A program made the position numbers and the translations under genes. DNA of 64,000 bases from an uncultured Acidobacteriaceae bacterium (GTDB lineage Bacteria > Acidobacteriota > Terriglobia > Terriglobales > Acidobacteriaceae), in contig CAWGQZ010000067.1 of the NCBI GenBank assembly GCA_963824805.1, positions 7,739-71,738 of the forward strand, in the 5' to 3' direction. The notes below the pieces were generated by a model, which did no database searches, was not told the DNA's origin, and saw only the letters and a list, made by a program, of their open reading frames with translations. This document shows positions 55,969 through 64,000 of this stretch, piece by piece; positions within the stretch are counted from its first letter, which is position 1, and every line of letters begins with the position of its first letter.

Positions 55969-58185
55969 TCAATAGCGGAAGCGGTATTTCAGTTGAATCG
56001 AGATTTCTCTGGGGTTGATGTAGTGGGTGCCTCCGAAGGTGTTGCTGTTGTCCAGCAGGTAGCGGTGGTTGGTCAGGTTTAGTGCGGTCAGGCGGAATGA
56101 CAATCTTTCTCCGAAGGATTTGCCCAAGGCAAGGTCGAACGTGGTGTGCGACGGCAGGTGGCTGGGGATATTTTCGCCTTCGCCGTCGAGGAAGCCAGAG
56201 CCGTAGCTGGTGTTGAAGTCTGCCGTGGCGCGCCAGGGTAGAGTGAAGTTGACGCCTGTCGAGAGCGTGTCGCGCTGGTCGTGGTCAAGGAAGCACAAGA
56301 CTCCTTCGCAGGCTTCGTCACTGATCAGGCCGCCGGTTACGCCTCCGTTCCATTGCGCGTATTGATGCGAATAGGCCAGGTGGAACTGCGCGCGGCCAGC
56401 CATCATGGGTGAATTGGCGGTGGCTTCCCAACCGCGAATGCGTGCCCGTTCCAACGTCAGCGGAAAGAAAATATTCGAGTTTCCCAGAACGTCATGGTCG
56501 AAGAAGTTTCTGGCGCCAGTGCGGAAGTTTGAAACGTCGAAGGTCCAGCGAGCGAACGGGATGGTGAGTCCGACTTCATGCTGTTCGTCGCGCTCGCCGT
56601 GCAGCGGCAAGAATGAGAAGCCTTCGGATGCGGCCTGCTCGAGTACCGGGCCTGCCGCCGTTAGCAGTGGCGGAGCCTGATAGTAGCGCCCGTAGAATCC
56701 GCGCAGGACCCAGTTCAGGCGTGGGATTCGGACGGCGGCGCCGATGCGCGGGTCGATTGAATTTTCGCTTATCGATCCGCTGAAGTGAGTCAGGCGCAGG
56801 CCGCCGTTTAACGTCAGCCATGACGTCAGCTTGAATTGATCTTCGATGAAGATTGCTTCTACGTCGCCCCAGAGCGGCAGGCGCTGGCTGAGAGTGGGGC
56901 TGCTTCCATCCGCGGTGGTTAATGATAAGAACTGGTTGTCGCGCTGGCCAAAGATCTGGAATCCGGTGTGGAGATTGTTGCGTCCGCGGTTGATGCCGAT
57001 GGAAGCGACGCCTCCTATGTAGTTGGATCCACGATCGTCTTCCGGGATTACGGGATCGTCGTTCGGTCCGCCGATGTAGTGAGAACGATTGAAGTGGTAG
57101 AACGGCGAGACGGTCAATACAGTTCCCGGGCCCATGGTGTGCAGCCAGGAGAAATTTATGAACGAATCGCGCTCGTCTTCTACGTCGCGAGTGCCTGCGG
57201 CTTGCTGGTCGGGATCGTTGGGAACCTGGTAGTGATCTCCGCGCAGAGAAGTCACCAGCCGGAATTGATCGGATGAATCCTTGTTAAAGATGATGGAGGC
57301 GAAGCCGCCCAGGCCGGCAGCCTGATCGTGAATGACTTGCGGGCTCGAGGTTTCGAGGCCGAGATCGGTGCGGTATCCGGAAATGCTGCCGTAGTAGGCG
57401 AAGCGGTCGGTGTGGTCTCCAAAGCTAAACTGATCGTTCGTGCTGTTGAAGTTGCCGTAGCTGGTAACAAGTTCTGCCTGGCGGTTTCGTTCGAATCCGG
57501 AGCGGGTAACCACGTTGAAGACCCCATAAGTGCGGTCGCCGTATTCGGCGGAGTATCCGCCGCGCTGCACTTCGAGGTAGTCGATGTCTTTTGGGTCGAA
57601 CTGCGGGCCAACGTTAGAGGCGATGTTGGTATTGGGGACAGGCACGCCATCCAGCAGCCAGGAAACCTGATGTCCGCCGCGGATGTGGAGTTGGTCGTGG
57701 ACCATGTAGGCGCTGGGCGTGTAGTTGGTGATCATGGCCAGGCTGTTGGTATTGTCGGCGCCGGGAGCTTGCGCGATCTGCTGGCGGCTGATCACGCTGG
57801 CGGTGGTGGAAGACTCGGGGTTCACGGCGCTAGCCTGATCGGTGACCTCGACCGTTTCCTGATGGGCGGCAAGGCTAAGTGAAAAATGCAGGCGAGCGTC
57901 GCGGCCTGAAGTAAGTGTCAGCTTCTGTTCTTCGAGGGCGAAGCCGGGAGTGTCGACGGCCACTTTGTATTCGCCTAGGGGAACGTTGTCGAAGTGGAAT
58001 TCGCCGGCGTCATCAGTGGCTGTCGATTGCTTCCAGTCGGAGCTGGCAGAGCGGATGGTGACGTGAGCATTCGGCATTGGCCGATGTTGAGGATCGTGGA
58101 TCAGGCCGTGGACTGATCCGAAGATCGTCGCGTAGGCGGCGACGCTATAGAGCAGAACGGCGGCGATGATGAGGCGGCGAGGCAT
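55969..58185 (-). CDS. TonB-dependent receptor with N-terminal carboxypeptidase-regulatory-like domain
   Basis: It has a signal peptide, a CarboxypepD_reg-like segment (GLIHDPQHRPMPNAHVTIRS...TDDAGEFHFDNVPLGEYKV), a plug region, a long beta-barrel, and a C-terminal ...QLKYRFRY. Confidence 0.85.
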   Translation of the reverse strand: MPRRLIIAAVLLYSVAAYATIFGSVHGLIHDPQHRPMPNAHVTIRSASSDWKQSTATDDAGEFHFDNVPLGEYKVAVDTPGFALEEQKLTLTSGRDARLHFSLSLAAHQETVEVTDQASAVNPESSTTASVISRQQIAQAPGADNTNSLAMITNYTPSAYMVHDQLHIRGGHQVSWLLDGVPVPNTNIASNVGPQFDPKDIDYLEVQRGGYSAEYGDRTYGVFNVVTRSGFERNRQAELVTSYGNFNSTNDQFSFGDHTDRFAYYGSISGYRTDLGLETSSPQVIHDQAAGLGGFASIIFNKDSSDQFRLVTSLRGDHYQVPNDPDQQAAGTRDVEDERDSFINFSWLHTMGPGTVLTVSPFYHFNRSHYIGGPNDDPVIPEDDRGSNYIGGVASIGINRGRNNLHTGFQIFGQRDNQFLSLTTADGSSPTLSQRLPLWGDVEAIFIEDQFKLTSWLTLNGGLRLTHFSGSISENSIDPRIGAAVRIPRLNWVLRGFYGRYYQAPPLLTAAGPVLEQAASEGFSFLPLHGERDEQHEVGLTIPFARWTFDVSNFRTGARNFFDHDVLGNSNIFFPLTLERARIRGWEATANSPMMAGRAQFHLAYSHQYAQWNGGVTGGLISDEACEGVLCFLDHDQRDTLSTGVNFTLPWRATADFNTSYGSGFLDGEGENIPSHLPSHTTFDLALGKSFGERLSFRLTALNLTNHRYLLDNSNTFGGTHYINPREISIQLKYRFRY

Positions 58186-58194
58186 TCCGAAGTC

Positions 58195-58515
58195 CTATTT
58201 CTGGGTTGCGGCTTTGGCTGCGGCGCTGCCGATTTTTACTTCGGCGGCATGCAGGTCTGAACCGGTCTTGTGGGCGTGGATGGCGACGCGGTCGCCAACG
58301 TGAAGGTCGCCGACGGCGGCGCTCGATTCTCCGCGCAGGAATTTGGTGTCGTGGTCGAACCCAACGACCTTGGTCGTGCCATCGGTGGCTTTGACCGAAA
58401 TGGAGTTGCCGGTCAGCGCCGAGACCGTGCCCATGATGTGTTCCATACCGCCGTGGGCGGCGGCGAAGGTGCTAAGCAGCAGGGCGCAGGTGAGGGTAAA
58501 GGCGTGCTTCTTCAT
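58195..58515 (-). CDS. periplasmic small protein with His/Met-rich N-terminus
   Basis: A signal peptide is followed by HGGMEHIMG and a beta-rich body with further His (HAHKTG). It overlaps the upstream cytochrome gene by 4 nt and ends 10 nt before the receptor gene. Confidence 0.55.
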   Translation of the reverse strand: MKKHAFTLTCALLLSTFAAAHGGMEHIMGTVSALTGNSISVKATDGTTKVVGFDHDTKFLRGESSAAVGDLHVGDRVAIHAHKTGSDLHAAEVKIGSAAAKAATQK

Positions 58516-59105
58516 TTCTTCTCCTTGTCGTTGGGGGGTGCGTCTCCGTTAAGGAATTTCTGTTCTTGTTCCTGTTCTTCGCGTTCGGCGGTGCTCTGCG
58601 GGTTGTAGTGTTCCATCTCCTGAATCTCGGGTTTGGTCAGGTTCGGCAGGTGGCGGATGAAGTGAACCAGTTGCCAGGTTTCGGGGTCGTAGTCGGAGGC
58701 ACCCCATGCGGGCATGCCGGTCCAGCGGATGCCGTTGTGAATGATGTAGTAGAGCTCACCGTCGGTGAGTTGCTGGGTTTCGGCCTTACGCATGTCCGGG
58801 GACCGCGGGTAGAGGTTGCGCCCCATTTCGGTGTCGCCGCTGCCATCGTTGGCGTGGCAGGAGGCGCAGTGGTCGGCAAAGTGGTGCATGGCTGCCTTGA
58901 GCACCTCTGGGGTTTCAGCCTCGGGATTCTTTTGATCATGAGCTTTGCGAGGCATTGAGAGCGAGCGCAAGCGGCGAGCAATGGCAGTTTCTGTGCGGCT
59001 GGGTTCAGGGCGCGCGCCGCAGCAGTTGCGGAAGGGGCCGGCCAGCCACAGGGCGACTGCAGCCAGGAGGAGAACCGCGACAGAAATAGTCAGCAAACGA
59101 GACAT
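58512..59105 (-). CDS. membrane-anchored monohaem c-type cytochrome (class I-like)
   Basis: The start is taken at MSRLLTISVAVLLLAAVALWLA. There is a single CASCH motif and a distal Met candidate in IRWTGMPAWG. Confidence 0.75.
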   Translation of the reverse strand: MSRLLTISVAVLLLAAVALWLAGPFRNCCGARPEPSRTETAIARRLRSLSMPRKAHDQKNPEAETPEVLKAAMHHFADHCASCHANDGSGDTEMGRNLYPRSPDMRKAETQQLTDGELYYIIHNGIRWTGMPAWGASDYDPETWQLVHFIRHLPNLTKPEIQEMEHYNPQSTAEREEQEQEQKFLNGDAPPNDKEKK

Positions 59106-59329
59106 GATCTTAGAAGAGCGTCTTGGATATCGAAGGTTTCGGAAATGGATCAGTTTGCGCGCCACATGGGATACGAAAGCTTCGAGCGATCTCTGCCACG
59201 GCGCTCTTTGCAGCCCTGATCCTGCGTGCTTCCTGCATGGTTTCCGTTGGGAGGTCTCTAAAAGCAGCCCACCGCCGCTAGCATTCTGCAGTCAGCTTTT
59301 CTACCGATCGTTCCTGGTTAGTCGGTTGT

Positions 59330-59662
59330 TTAGGAGGTGGGAGGACCACGGACAGACAGGTCCGAAATTATGTCAAAGGAGAATGGGCGGGGATGGGGCG
59401 AAGTCTGGGCTGGAGCCGACTGGTTGGGAGCTTTGTCATTTCCTGGGGACGCCAGTTCAGCGCAGTGCGGCGTCACCGACGGCGGACAGCAGTTACCGTG
59501 GTGGGTGTTGGTAGCGTTGATGCCGGGGGTAGTGGAGTCTCCGCGATGAGCGTGGCGGAGGCAGCAGGAGTGTGGCGCCGGACCGGAGACGGCCATCGCC
59601 GCCGGGGCAAACAAGCCCACCAGCAGCAGCGAGAGCAAACTTCCGGCAGTCAGGCGATACAT
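59330..59662 (-). CDS. secreted Cys/His-rich small protein
   Basis: It has a signal peptide (LLSLLLVGLFAPAAMA), then HSCCLRHAHRGD and HHGNCCPP. This is metal-binding-like, but no confident family was recognised. Confidence 0.4.
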   Translation of the reverse strand: MYRLTAGSLLSLLLVGLFAPAAMAVSGPAPHSCCLRHAHRGDSTTPGINATNTHHGNCCPPSVTPHCAELASPGNDKAPNQSAPAQTSPHPRPFSFDIISDLSVRGPPTS

Positions 59663-59783
59663 CGGTCACGCCCCCAGATCAACAGAGCATAGGACAGACG
59701 GGCCGGGAAAGCAAGACGGGGGTGGCGACTCGGGAACGGGCTGGGATGGGGCCCCAACCAGTCCCAGCAGTGATTACCGCCTG

Positions 59784-60242
59784 TTACCGTCCCACAATGT
59801 CTGCTTTAAGGCCGGAAACTGCTCCAAGGACCTCGCTCTTTTCCTTGTCCGGGACCTTGAACTTGTCCAGGGTGGCGGTGAGCATTTTGACCGAGAGACT
59901 CCAGTCGTCCTCGGTGATATTCAGACCGGTGTGGGCAGTCTTCATATCACGGCCGTTGTAGATACAAGGACCACCGGTGGCGACACAGAGGAAGTCGACA
60001 ATATGCTGGCGGATCCGTTTTTGAGAGTCCGTGCTGAGGCCTTTGAAAAATCGGCCCATTTGGGGGTCAGTCGCCAAGCGTCCCAGGAAATCGTCGGTGA
60101 CGGCGGCCAAGGCGTCGTAGCCACCCAGACGCTTGTAGAGGGTTGGCTGGACAGCCGCTTGCGGGGGTGCGGCATAGACCGGAGCGGCAAACGAGAGGCC
60201 CAACAGCAACAGGGTGAGGGCGGCGGATTTGCGGGTAGACAT
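59784..60242 (-). CDS. group I truncated haemoglobin (trHbN-like) with N-terminal signal peptide
   Basis: LYKRLGGYDALAAVTDDFLGRL..DPQMGRFF ... FLCVATGGPCIYNGRDMKTAHTGLNITEDDW is the 2-on-2 globin signature with the proximal His. The N-terminus MSTRKSAALTLLLLGLSFAAPVYA is Sec-type. Confidence 0.8.
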   Translation of the reverse strand: MSTRKSAALTLLLLGLSFAAPVYAAPPQAAVQPTLYKRLGGYDALAAVTDDFLGRLATDPQMGRFFKGLSTDSQKRIRQHIVDFLCVATGGPCIYNGRDMKTAHTGLNITEDDWSLSVKMLTATLDKFKVPDKEKSEVLGAVSGLKADIVGR

Positions 60243-60331
60243 GTCTGTTCTCCTTGAGATTTATTGGCCCGTTTTTCAGTATTAGTACGGAGAAAGACAG
60301 CGACTGGATTTTGTTTTGTTGGGGAAGAGAG

Positions 60332-60718
60332 TTATGGCATCAACGCGTAGCGTCCGCCGTTTGTGGTCAGGATGACCAGGTTCATGACGACCAACATCAG
60401 GTCATAGTGCCAGCCTGAGGCTTTATCACCCCAGAATCCGGTGTGCCAGACGAAGATCTTCTTTTGGATCGCTCCCAGCATCACGAGGATCAGGCCTATC
60501 GCGGCTGGTTGAATGAGAACTCCGAAGGCGACCCCCAGACCACCCACCAGTTCGGCTAGTCCCAAAACAAGGGTGAAGCCTTTGCTCATGCCGATGCTCC
60601 TGGCCCGCTCGGCAGGTTCGGTGACGTGGCTCCAGCCGCTGGTCACGAAAATTGATGCGACCATGAGGCGAAGCAGGATAAGTGAGAGGTCGGTAAAGCG
60701 AGCTAGTTGGGGAAACAT
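60332..60718 (-). CDS. DoxX family membrane protein
   Basis: From ATG 60718 the product reads MFPQLARFTDLSLILLRLMVASIFVTSGWSH... It has four TM helices, typical of DoxX. Confidence 0.7.
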   Translation of the reverse strand: MFPQLARFTDLSLILLRLMVASIFVTSGWSHVTEPAERARSIGMSKGFTLVLGLAELVGGLGVAFGVLIQPAAIGLILVMLGAIQKKIFVWHTGFWGDKASGWHYDLMLVVMNLVILTTNGGRYALMP

Positions 60719-60743
60719 AAGGTCTTTCTCGACCGGGAGTTGA

Positions 60744-61127
60744 CTAAGTCTTTCGATCGAGCGCGGTGGGATGGGTTGGCTGGTACAGTCCGACCTCGCC
60801 GCCACTGGGGAGCTTGATGGTTGTCTTGATGCCCCAGTCTTCTTCTTCCGGCGGCGAAAAGCTTACATTTTTTGCCGCCAGCCTTTTCATCAAACCCTTG
60901 AGATCCTCGCACATCAGGTAGAGGACCGCACCGAGTAAGCGGCGTCCGCCATGGGCCTCGCTGTTGTCGCCGCTGGAGGGATGCAGCGCGGCTTCGGCTG
61001 GAGGCATCTTGAAAATCAGCCAACCGTGGCCGATATCGATCGCCGGGAACTCCAGGATGTCGCGGAAGAAGGCACGGTCTTCTTCGGGCCTGTCACTGTA
61101 GAGAAGGATGTGGGCGCCCAGGAACAT
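60744..61127 (-). CDS. VOC (glyoxalase/bleomycin-resistance) family protein
   Basis: 127 aa with a beta-alpha-beta-beta-beta pattern. HILLYSDRPEEDRAFFRDILEF ... GGEVGLYQPTH is typical of small VOC proteins. Confidence 0.65.
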   Translation of the reverse strand: MFLGAHILLYSDRPEEDRAFFRDILEFPAIDIGHGWLIFKMPPAEAALHPSSGDNSEAHGGRRLLGAVLYLMCEDLKGLMKRLAAKNVSFSPPEEEDWGIKTTIKLPSGGEVGLYQPTHPTALDRKT

Positions 61128-61514
61128 ATTTACGGCAGCACTTTAGCAGAAATGCACGAACGCGGGGAGAGTTTCGGGAAGATTCTGGGTGGATTCGGGA
61201 AGACTTAGTTCCTAGAACTTAGTTCCGGGTCTTGGGTTTGGGCTGACGCAGGTTGAGCCTCGGATTTCGCTGTGGTAGCATCCTATCGCTTTCGCTTGCC
61301 GATGCGGAATGGACTCGTATTTCTGCACTCTTCAATTCTTTTTGAGCCTACCGCTTTTCGAAACGTCTCGGCGTGTGAGGGTGAATTTTTGAGCAGCTGC
61401 GGTAAGAACCGGTTGAGTCGAGCCCCGCTCGGCCGGGCAGGTGGGGACACCTGCCCCTAGGTGGTTCGTTAGTTGGAACCGGCTCCTGAACTTCCAGCCC
61501 CAAGGAGCGAATCC

Positions 61515-63620
61515 GTGAAGGTCTACGAAGGCGCTAACATCCGCAATGTGGCAATGGTGGGTCATGGCCATGCCGGCAAAACATCCCTGGTTTCGGCCAT
61601 GCTCTACACCGCAGGAGCCACTCCCCGGCTGGGCCGGGTAGATGATGGGACGGCCCCTACCGACTACGACGACGAAGAAATCGCCCGCAAGATGTCGCTG
61701 TCGGCCAGCCTCGCTCACGTGGAGTGGGGAAAGACCAAGATCAATATCGTGGATACGCCGGGCTTCAATATGTTCGTGCATGAGGCCAAGCTGGTTCTGC
61801 CGGTGGTGGATGCGGCCATAGTGGTGGTCGACGGTGTGGCTGGCGTGGAAGTGGTGACGGAACGGGTTTGGAACTACTGCGAGGAGTACAAAACTCCGCG
61901 TCTGATTGTAGCCAGCCGCATGGACCGTGAGCGCGCCGATGCGGAAAGAGTCCTCGAGTCGCTCACGAACGCGTTTGGACGGAATGTGATCCCGCTGGAA
62001 TTGCCGATTGGGCGCGAGAAGAACTTGCGCGGCGTGATCGACCTGGTACGCATGAAAGCGTACACCTATGAGCTTGGCGGCAATGGCGTTGGGAAAGAGA
62101 GTGAGATTCCTGACGATCTGAAAGCGGTGGCGCAGGAGGCGCATGAGCGGCTGGTGGAACTGGTCGCCGAGGGTAAAGACGAGTTAATGGAAGAGTTCTT
62201 TGAGAAGGGGACGATTCCGGAAGAAGATCTGGTTCCGGCGCTGCACGAGGCTATCCGCGAAGACCGGATATTCCCCGTAATTTTTGGATCGGGACTGGGG
62301 AATATCGGCGCCGACCGAGTGATGGACTTCATCGTCGACTACACTCCCGCTCCTTCGGAACATGAGTGGGTGCAGGGTGAAGTGACGGGCGGGAATGGTG
62401 AGCCTCCGCGACGGCACGAGACCGACGCTGAACCGGTTTCGATTTATGTGTTCAAAACTGTTTCGGATGCATTTGCGGGAAGGATTTCGTACTTCAAAGT
62501 TTTCTCCGGGATCTTGAAGAATGAATCGAGCCTGCAGAACTTCGGCCGTGGGTCGTCGGAGAAGCTGTCGCATATCGGCATCATGGAGGGGAAGACAACC
62601 GTTCCGGTGACGGAGTTGCACGCCGGGGACATCGGCGTAGTGGCTAAACTAAAAGACACGCTGACCGGAGACACGCTGGGCGATAAGAGCGCGCCGATTC
62701 AATATCCGAAAGTCAAGCTGCCCGAGCCGGCGATTACGTTCGCTATTGAGCCCAAGACCCGGGCGGATGAAGACAAGCTGGGAGTGGGGGTCCACAAACT
62801 GCTGGAAGAGGACGCCATGTTGAGGTTCTTCCGCGATCCTCAGACCAAAGAATTCCTGATTGCCGGTACAGGGCAACAGCATATCGAAGTGGTGGTGGCG
62901 CGGATGAAAAAGCGCTACCACACCGAAGTAAATTTGAAAGCGCCCAAAGTTCCTTACCGGGAGACGATCCGCGGCCGGGCCGACGTGCAGGGAAAGCACA
63001 AGAAACAGACCGGCGGGCATGGGCAGTACGGCGACTGCAAGATCAAAGTGGAACCGTTGCCGCATGGGGGTGGGTTTGAATTCGTCAACGACATCTTCGG
63101 CGGTGCGATTCCTAAGAACTACATTCCTCCAGTGGAAAAAGGAATTAAGGACGCGGCGGCTCGCGGATATCTGGCCGGATTTCCCATGGTGGACTTCAAA
63201 GTCACATTGTATGACGGCTCTTATCACGACGTGGATTCAAACGACTTGTCGTTCCAGATGGCTGGGCGTATTGCGTTCAAGAAGGCGATGGAGCAGGCCA
63301 AGCCAACCCTGCTGGAACCGCTGATGGCGGCGGAGATTTCGGTGCCGGACGAGTTTGCCGGGTCGATTATGGGCGATCTGAACAGCCGGCGCGGGCGCAT
63401 CCAGGGCATGGACAATAAGGGCGGTACGACCGTGGTGAAGGCCGAGGTACCCATGTCAGAGATGCTGACCTACGGCGTCGACCTAACTGCCATGACGCAG
63501 GGGCGCGGCAGCTTCAACATGGAAATGCATCGCTATGATGTGGTGCCGGCACAGTTGCAGGAAAAGATTATTGAGAAGGCGCGGGCGGAGCGGGGAGAGG
63601 TCAAGGAGGAAGAGGAGTAG
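61515..63620 (+). CDS. elongation factor G paralogue (EF-G2-like translational GTPase)
   Basis: A GTG at 61515 after AAGGAGCGAATCC gives VKVYEGANIRNVAMVGHGHAGKTSL. G-motifs DTPGF and SRMD (in place of NKMD) are present, and EF-G domains II-V are recognisable (GQHGDCKIKVEP..., YHDVDSN). It is not in an rpsL-rpsG-fusA-tuf context. Confidence 0.88.
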   Translation: MKVYEGANIRNVAMVGHGHAGKTSLVSAMLYTAGATPRLGRVDDGTAPTDYDDEEIARKMSLSASLAHVEWGKTKINIVDTPGFNMFVHEAKLVLPVVDAAIVVVDGVAGVEVVTERVWNYCEEYKTPRLIVASRMDRERADAERVLESLTNAFGRNVIPLELPIGREKNLRGVIDLVRMKAYTYELGGNGVGKESEIPDDLKAVAQEAHERLVELVAEGKDELMEEFFEKGTIPEEDLVPALHEAIREDRIFPVIFGSGLGNIGADRVMDFIVDYTPAPSEHEWVQGEVTGGNGEPPRRHETDAEPVSIYVFKTVSDAFAGRISYFKVFSGILKNESSLQNFGRGSSEKLSHIGIMEGKTTVPVTELHAGDIGVVAKLKDTLTGDTLGDKSAPIQYPKVKLPEPAITFAIEPKTRADEDKLGVGVHKLLEEDAMLRFFRDPQTKEFLIAGTGQQHIEVVVARMKKRYHTEVNLKAPKVPYRETIRGRADVQGKHKKQTGGHGQYGDCKIKVEPLPHGGGFEFVNDIFGGAIPKNYIPPVEKGIKDAAARGYLAGFPMVDFKVTLYDGSYHDVDSNDLSFQMAGRIAFKKAMEQAKPTLLEPLMAAEISVPDEFAGSIMGDLNSRRGRIQGMDNKGGTTVVKAEVPMSEMLTYGVDLTAMTQGRGSFNMEMHRYDVVPAQLQEKIIEKARAERGEVKEEEE

Positions 63621-63797
63621 CTCTACCGTTTTTGAACATACAACCTGCGAAGACCTTGCAACTCGACTGGCAAAAATCCCACAGAGCCCCGAAGATTTCA
63701 CAGGGAGTTCTCTCTTCCCGGGCGGGATCGGTGTAAACAGCATGTACTTCCGAATATCGGATGACCCAAAACAAGCACCGGACGGGGATTTTCACAG

Positions 63798-63826
63798 TTG
63801 ACATTGCCTTCAAAGCGGCGCTAAAT
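63798..63826 (+). promoter_or_regulatory. candidate sigma-70 promoter of the HU gene
   Basis: TTGACA (63798-63803), a 17-nt spacer, then CTAAAT (63821-63826). It lies about 85 nt upstream of ATG 63910. Confidence 0.4.
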
Positions 63827-63909
63827 GAGGCCGTTGGTAGATTTCCAAACTTAACTCATGTTCCTTCCCCGCGCATTCCGCGAGCGAAAGAGCCTGTTCA
63901 GGAGAGAAG

Positions 63910-64000
63910 ATGAATAAAGCCGATCTCATTGACAAAATTGCCGGTGGTTGCGACATCAGTAAATCGCAGGCCGCTATGGCTATCGACACGGCCGTGGAGA
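63910..64000 (+). CDS. HU/IHF-family nucleoid protein, N-terminal part (runs off window)
   Basis: GGAGAGAAG is followed by ATG. MNKADLIDKIAGGCDISKSQAAMAIDTAVE matches the HU N-terminal helix pair. Confidence 0.8.
   Translation, partial: MNKADLIDKIAGGCDISKSQAAMAIDTAVE

Overview
This is a GC-rich bacterial chromosome segment covering the replication-origin neighbourhood. Landmarks: gyrA (5' part, minus strand, runs off the left edge). The conserved block jag-yidC-yidD-rnpA-rpmH (minus) diverges from dnaA-dnaN (plus) at about 19.8-26.4 kb. parB-parA, a 660-bp non-coding spacer and rsmG lie at 38.3-41.8 kb. The remainder includes housekeeping genes (cmk, mscL, cspA-like, an EF-G paralogue, HU) and envelope/transport genes (a MacAB-like ABC efflux operon with TetR, a TonB-dependent receptor, OmpA-family and beta-barrel proteins). 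There are carbohydrate genes (GH16, a GT4 fusion plus GH130) and redox/haem proteins (octahaem cytochrome c, monohaem cytochrome c, a signal-peptide truncated haemoglobin, peroxiredoxin, aldehyde dehydrogenase). Signalling proteins are abundant: an FHA-GAF-sigma54 activator, a Ser/Thr kinase-beta-propeller fusion, HD-GYP-GAF-GGDEF-PilZ, PilZ-TonB_C, Crp/Fnr and two TetR regulators. Gene repertoire and repeat types suggest an Acidobacteriota-like soil bacterium, but that is inference only. I saw no rRNA, tRNA, CRISPR array, transposase, integrase or prophage genes. Main observations: (1) five parS-like GTTCC-N4-GGAAC palindromes in the parA-rsmG spacer, with no canonical parS anywhere in the window; (2) a DnaA-box-like cluster plus an AT-rich tract in the dnaA-dnaN spacer, a putative oriC; (3) at least eight reading-frame disruptions in six otherwise well-conserved genes, several at short homopolymers, so sequence error must be excluded before calling pseudogenes; (4) a membrane-anchored octahaem cytochrome translationally coupled to a polytopic membrane protein; (5) unusual c-di-GMP architectures (HD-GYP + degenerate GGDEF with intact I-site + PilZ in one protein; PilZ fused to a TonB C-terminal domain); (6) a same-strand cluster of TonB receptor, His/Met-rich periplasmic protein, cytochrome c, Cys/His-rich secreted protein, secreted truncated haemoglobin and DoxX. 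All functional calls rest on by-eye motif recognition and no database search was run.
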